From an uncultured Christensenella sp. (GTDB lineage: Bacteria > Bacillota > Clostridia > Christensenellales > UBA1242): a DNA stretch of 52,812 nt. Shown here piece by piece: positions 50,239-52,812 of this stretch. The position numbers were made by a program, and so were the translations under genes. Under the pieces are notes generated by a model, which did no database searches, had not been told where the DNA came from, and worked only from the letters and a program-made list of their open reading frames with translations. Positions within the stretch are counted from its first letter, which is position 1. Each line of letters starts with the position of its first letter. The stretch is from NCBI GenBank assembly GCA_964439345.1, contig CAYTNS010000005.1, positions 1 to 52,812 of the forward strand, given 5' to 3'.

Positions 50239-51162
50239 ATGAAAACAGTTAAATTAGAAGGCTATAATAATTTTGAATTAGTAGGATACCTATGGGACAA
50301 GGTAGAAAATCCTGTAGGCGTAGTCCAAATCATTCACGGAATGCAAGAACACGCTCTTAGATACAATTCCCTAGCAAGATTTTTAAATAAGAAGGGCTTA
50401 ATAGTATTTGCTAGTGACCTAAGAGGACACGGACAAACTGCCCTACTACACAATTTACCTTTAGGATACTCAGATGGCGACTTATTTATGGAAGTTGTCA
50501 AGGACCAAATCAAAATCACTGAATATTTATCCGATAAATTCCACCTACCTATCAGTATCTTTGGTCACTCCTTTGGTTCATTTGTAACTCAAAGATATAT
50601 GGTAGAAAATGGCTTTAAGGTAAAGAATGTAATACTATCTGGCTCTACCTACACCAATAGCTTCCAATACAAAAGTGGATACCTACTAGCCAAAATCCAA
50701 AGAGCATTTGGACTAAAGAAAAAGGAAGCCAAACTAATTGAGAAGATGAGTCTAAAGGCTTATGGCAAAGACTTCCCTAATGGCAATTGGCTAACAAGAG
50801 ACGAAAAAGTTTGGGAGGAATATAATCAAGACGAACTATGTGGAAAACCCTTCCCTGTAAACTTTTATTACTCTTTCTTTAAAAATGCTAGACATAACTA
50901 CAAAAACTTAAATAATATCCCATACTACCTACCAATCCTAATTCTAAGTGGCACGGACGACCCCGTTCCTGGGAAAGATGGAATAATCAAACTATTCTAT
51001 ACATACGCAAAAGCCAAAAAGAAATTATTCCTAAAAAGTTATCTAGACGATAGACACGAAATAATTAATGAACTAGATAAAGAGGAAGTATTTGAGGATA
51101 TTGCCAAGTTTATTTTAGATGACAAACTAGAATCTATGTCAATAAGATACGAGAATTTATAA
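50239..51162 (+). CDS. Alpha/beta hydrolase (lysophospholipase / monoacylglycerol lipase family)
   Basis: QIIHGMQEH, DLRGHG, nucleophile GHSFG, G.DDPV, RHEIINE. Confidence 0.88.
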   Translation: MKTVKLEGYNNFELVGYLWDKVENPVGVVQIIHGMQEHALRYNSLARFLNKKGLIVFASDLRGHGQTALLHNLPLGYSDGDLFMEVVKDQIKITEYLSDKFHLPISIFGHSFGSFVTQRYMVENGFKVKNVILSGSTYTNSFQYKSGYLLAKIQRAFGLKKKEAKLIEKMSLKAYGKDFPNGNWLTRDEKVWEEYNQDELCGKPFPVNFYYSFFKNARHNYKNLNNIPYYLPILILSGTDDPVPGKDGIIKLFYTYAKAKKKLFLKSYLDDRHEIINELDKEEVFEDIAKFILDDKLESMSIRYENL

Positions 51163-51188
51163 TTATTCAAAATAAATAATATTTATCC

Positions 51189-51224
51189 AAAAGACCATCT
51201 AACTAAAATTAGGTGGTCTTTTTC
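51189..51224 (+). terminator. Intrinsic terminator after the hydrolase gene
   Basis: AAAGACCATCTAA...TTAGGTGGTCTTTTT. Confidence 0.75.
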
Positions 51225-51360
51225 TAATAATTCATTTTTTTAGATTGCAAAATAAAGTAGTAACACTTTAACCCTTTACTTTTATATATTTATTAGTAAT
51301 ATATTGCAAATAATTAATTTTTTGTTTAAAATAAAGATATTGATTTCGTGAGGTTTAACT

Positions 51361-52407
51361 ATGACAATTAATAAAGAAAAAACCAAAAAAATATTAGGTT
51401 ACACCTTTACAATTCTGCTGCTACTAGCATTATTTGTAACATTCATAATCTTGGGATTAGACTTATCTTACAAAAGCGTAAATTCCTTAGACTATCAAAT
51501 ATATAATTGGGCAATATCTATCCGTTCTAAGCCTCTAACCATACTTTTTAAGATAGTGACTAATCTAGCGAACCCAATTGTAATAGGCACAATATCTGTA
51601 ATACTCCTTTTCACACTAAAGGATAAAAAACAATATACCTTTGCCTTATTTCTAAACTTAGGCTTAGTGGCTCTACTTAATTTGTCACTCAAGTATATTT
51701 TTGCTAGAGAGCGTCCAGATATAGCACAAAGCCTAATACTTGAAACTGGTTATAGTTTCCCTAGTGGTCACGCAATGTTCTCGGTCGCTTTTTATGGATA
51801 TCTTATATACCTAATACACAAGTGCAAAGTAAAAAAATCTATTCAAATCCCAGCGAATATAGGCATTATAATTACGATATTAGCAGTGTGCTTTTCTAGG
51901 ATTTACTTAGGTGTCCATTACTTTTCGGATATAGTAGGAGGCATACTAATAACCACTGCCTACCTAATAGTATTTACCTATATAACAGATAGACACTCAA
52001 TAGCCTACCATTCTCCCGAAACCGATTACAAAAAGCATTCATTCCTAGGGGGCTTTAAATACGCACTCAGAGGTATAGCATCTTGTATAAAAGATGAGAA
52101 TAATCTACTTATCCAATTTTCAGCTAGTATGATGGTAATAATGTTTGCAGTATTTCTAAAATGCACCTTTGTGGAATGGGCAGTGCTAATAATAATGTGT
52201 TTCTTAGTAGTATCCTTTGAAATGATAAATACAGCAATAGAAAATATATGCGATAAAATAACTCTAGATTACGATGAAAAAATCAAAAAAATAAAAGACA
52301 TCTCAGCAGGAGCAGTACTAACTATGTCGATATGTGCTATCATAGTAGCTGGTATTATATTCCTGCCTAAAATCCCTACTCTATTTAATTTCATATCATT
52401 TATATAA
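51361..52407 (+). CDS. PAP2 phosphatase fused to DgkA-type diacylglycerol/undecaprenol kinase
   Basis: K..FARERP, SFPSGH and SRIYLGVHYFSD (PAP2), then FKYALRG, E.N, EMINTAIE..CD and KDISAGAV (DgkA/UdpK). Confidence 0.9.
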   Translation: MTINKEKTKKILGYTFTILLLLALFVTFIILGLDLSYKSVNSLDYQIYNWAISIRSKPLTILFKIVTNLANPIVIGTISVILLFTLKDKKQYTFALFLNLGLVALLNLSLKYIFARERPDIAQSLILETGYSFPSGHAMFSVAFYGYLIYLIHKCKVKKSIQIPANIGIIITILAVCFSRIYLGVHYFSDIVGGILITTAYLIVFTYITDRHSIAYHSPETDYKKHSFLGGFKYALRGIASCIKDENNLLIQFSASMMVIMFAVFLKCTFVEWAVLIIMCFLVVSFEMINTAIENICDKITLDYDEKIKKIKDISAGAVLTMSICAIIVAGIIFLPKIPTLFNFISFI

Positions 52408-52414
52408 AAATATC

Positions 52415-52812
52415 TCAAATTATCGAGTGAATGGATAATAATAATATCACACAAAAAATCGTTCACGAGATATACAGGTACGCAAGTACCAGTTCGGTAG
52501 GCTTTCGCCTACCAATAAACGAAGTTTATTAAGTCTGGCACTTTAGCAACAAAAAAAGAACCAACTAGGGTTCTTTTTTATGGTGCTGGTGACCAAGACG
52601 TGGTGCAGATGTCACACCAGAGGTGGGATATCAAATTATCGAGTGTAATGAATAAATAATAATATCACACAAAACTTCATTCACGAGATATACAGGTACG
52701 GAGTACCAGTTCGGTAGGCTTTCGCCTACCAATAAACGGAGTTTATTAAGTCTGGCACTTTAGCAACAAAAAAAGAACCAACTAGGGTTCTTTTTTATGG
52801 TGCTGGTGACCA
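52415..52812. repeat. Tandem ~216-bp-period multi-hairpin repeat (copies at 52415-52595 and 52631-52812)
   Basis: Near-identical copies, each with several hairpins, a bidirectional terminator-like hairpin and TGGTGCTGGTGACCA. Confidence 0.93.
52798..52812 (-). other. tRNA-like 3' end (...TGGTCACCAGCACCA), possibly of a tRNA cut off by the window edge; duplicated at 52581-52595
   Basis: Acceptor-like CACCAGC + A + CCA on the minus strand, immediately followed by a terminator hairpin. Confidence 0.5.

Noticed and set aside
52415-52812. Terminal repeat as a CRISPR array, integron attC site or hammerhead ribozyme
   Set aside because: The unit is ~180 bp with only two copies and no cas genes; it lacks RYYYAAC/GTTRRRY ends and the CUGAUGA core

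Overview
AT-rich chromosomal segment from a spore-forming, apparently genome-reduced Clostridia-type Firmicute. Nearly all genes from 1 to 48.6 kb lie on the minus strand and form classic core operons: spoIVB-recN-argR, proS-xseBA-nusB-Asp23-spoIIIAH..AA, nfo-truB-rbfA-infB-ylxQR-nusA-rimP, a PolC-derived gene-rseP-cdsA-frr-tsf-rpsB, DUF1292-ruvX, an IscU-like fusion-iscS-trxA-tcdA-hisS-helD, hslUV-trmFO-topA-dprA-comM, T-box-thrS-ytxC, and a glycerol-3-phosphate oxidoreductase trio. Divergent from these are glpK, a lipase and a PAP2-DgkA fusion. Most notable: (1) at the polC locus, a ~520-aa protein retains the PolC N-terminal domain, OB fold and an intact DEDDh exonuclease and carries a QDNLF clamp-binding-like motif, but has no PHP or polymerase domains; (2) a degenerate IscU domain is fused to a ~430-aa basic low-complexity tail ending in a MinD-like amphipathic helix; (3) the isoprenoid genes (ispA, dxs, uppS, dxr, ispG) are absent from their two canonical loci, while a PAP2-undecaprenol-kinase-like fusion is present; (4) argR has a phased ARG-box array and a structured leader; (5) the window ends in a ~216-bp-period tandem repeat built from multiple hairpins plus a tRNA-like 3' end. 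All calls are by eye from motifs and synteny; no database searches were run.
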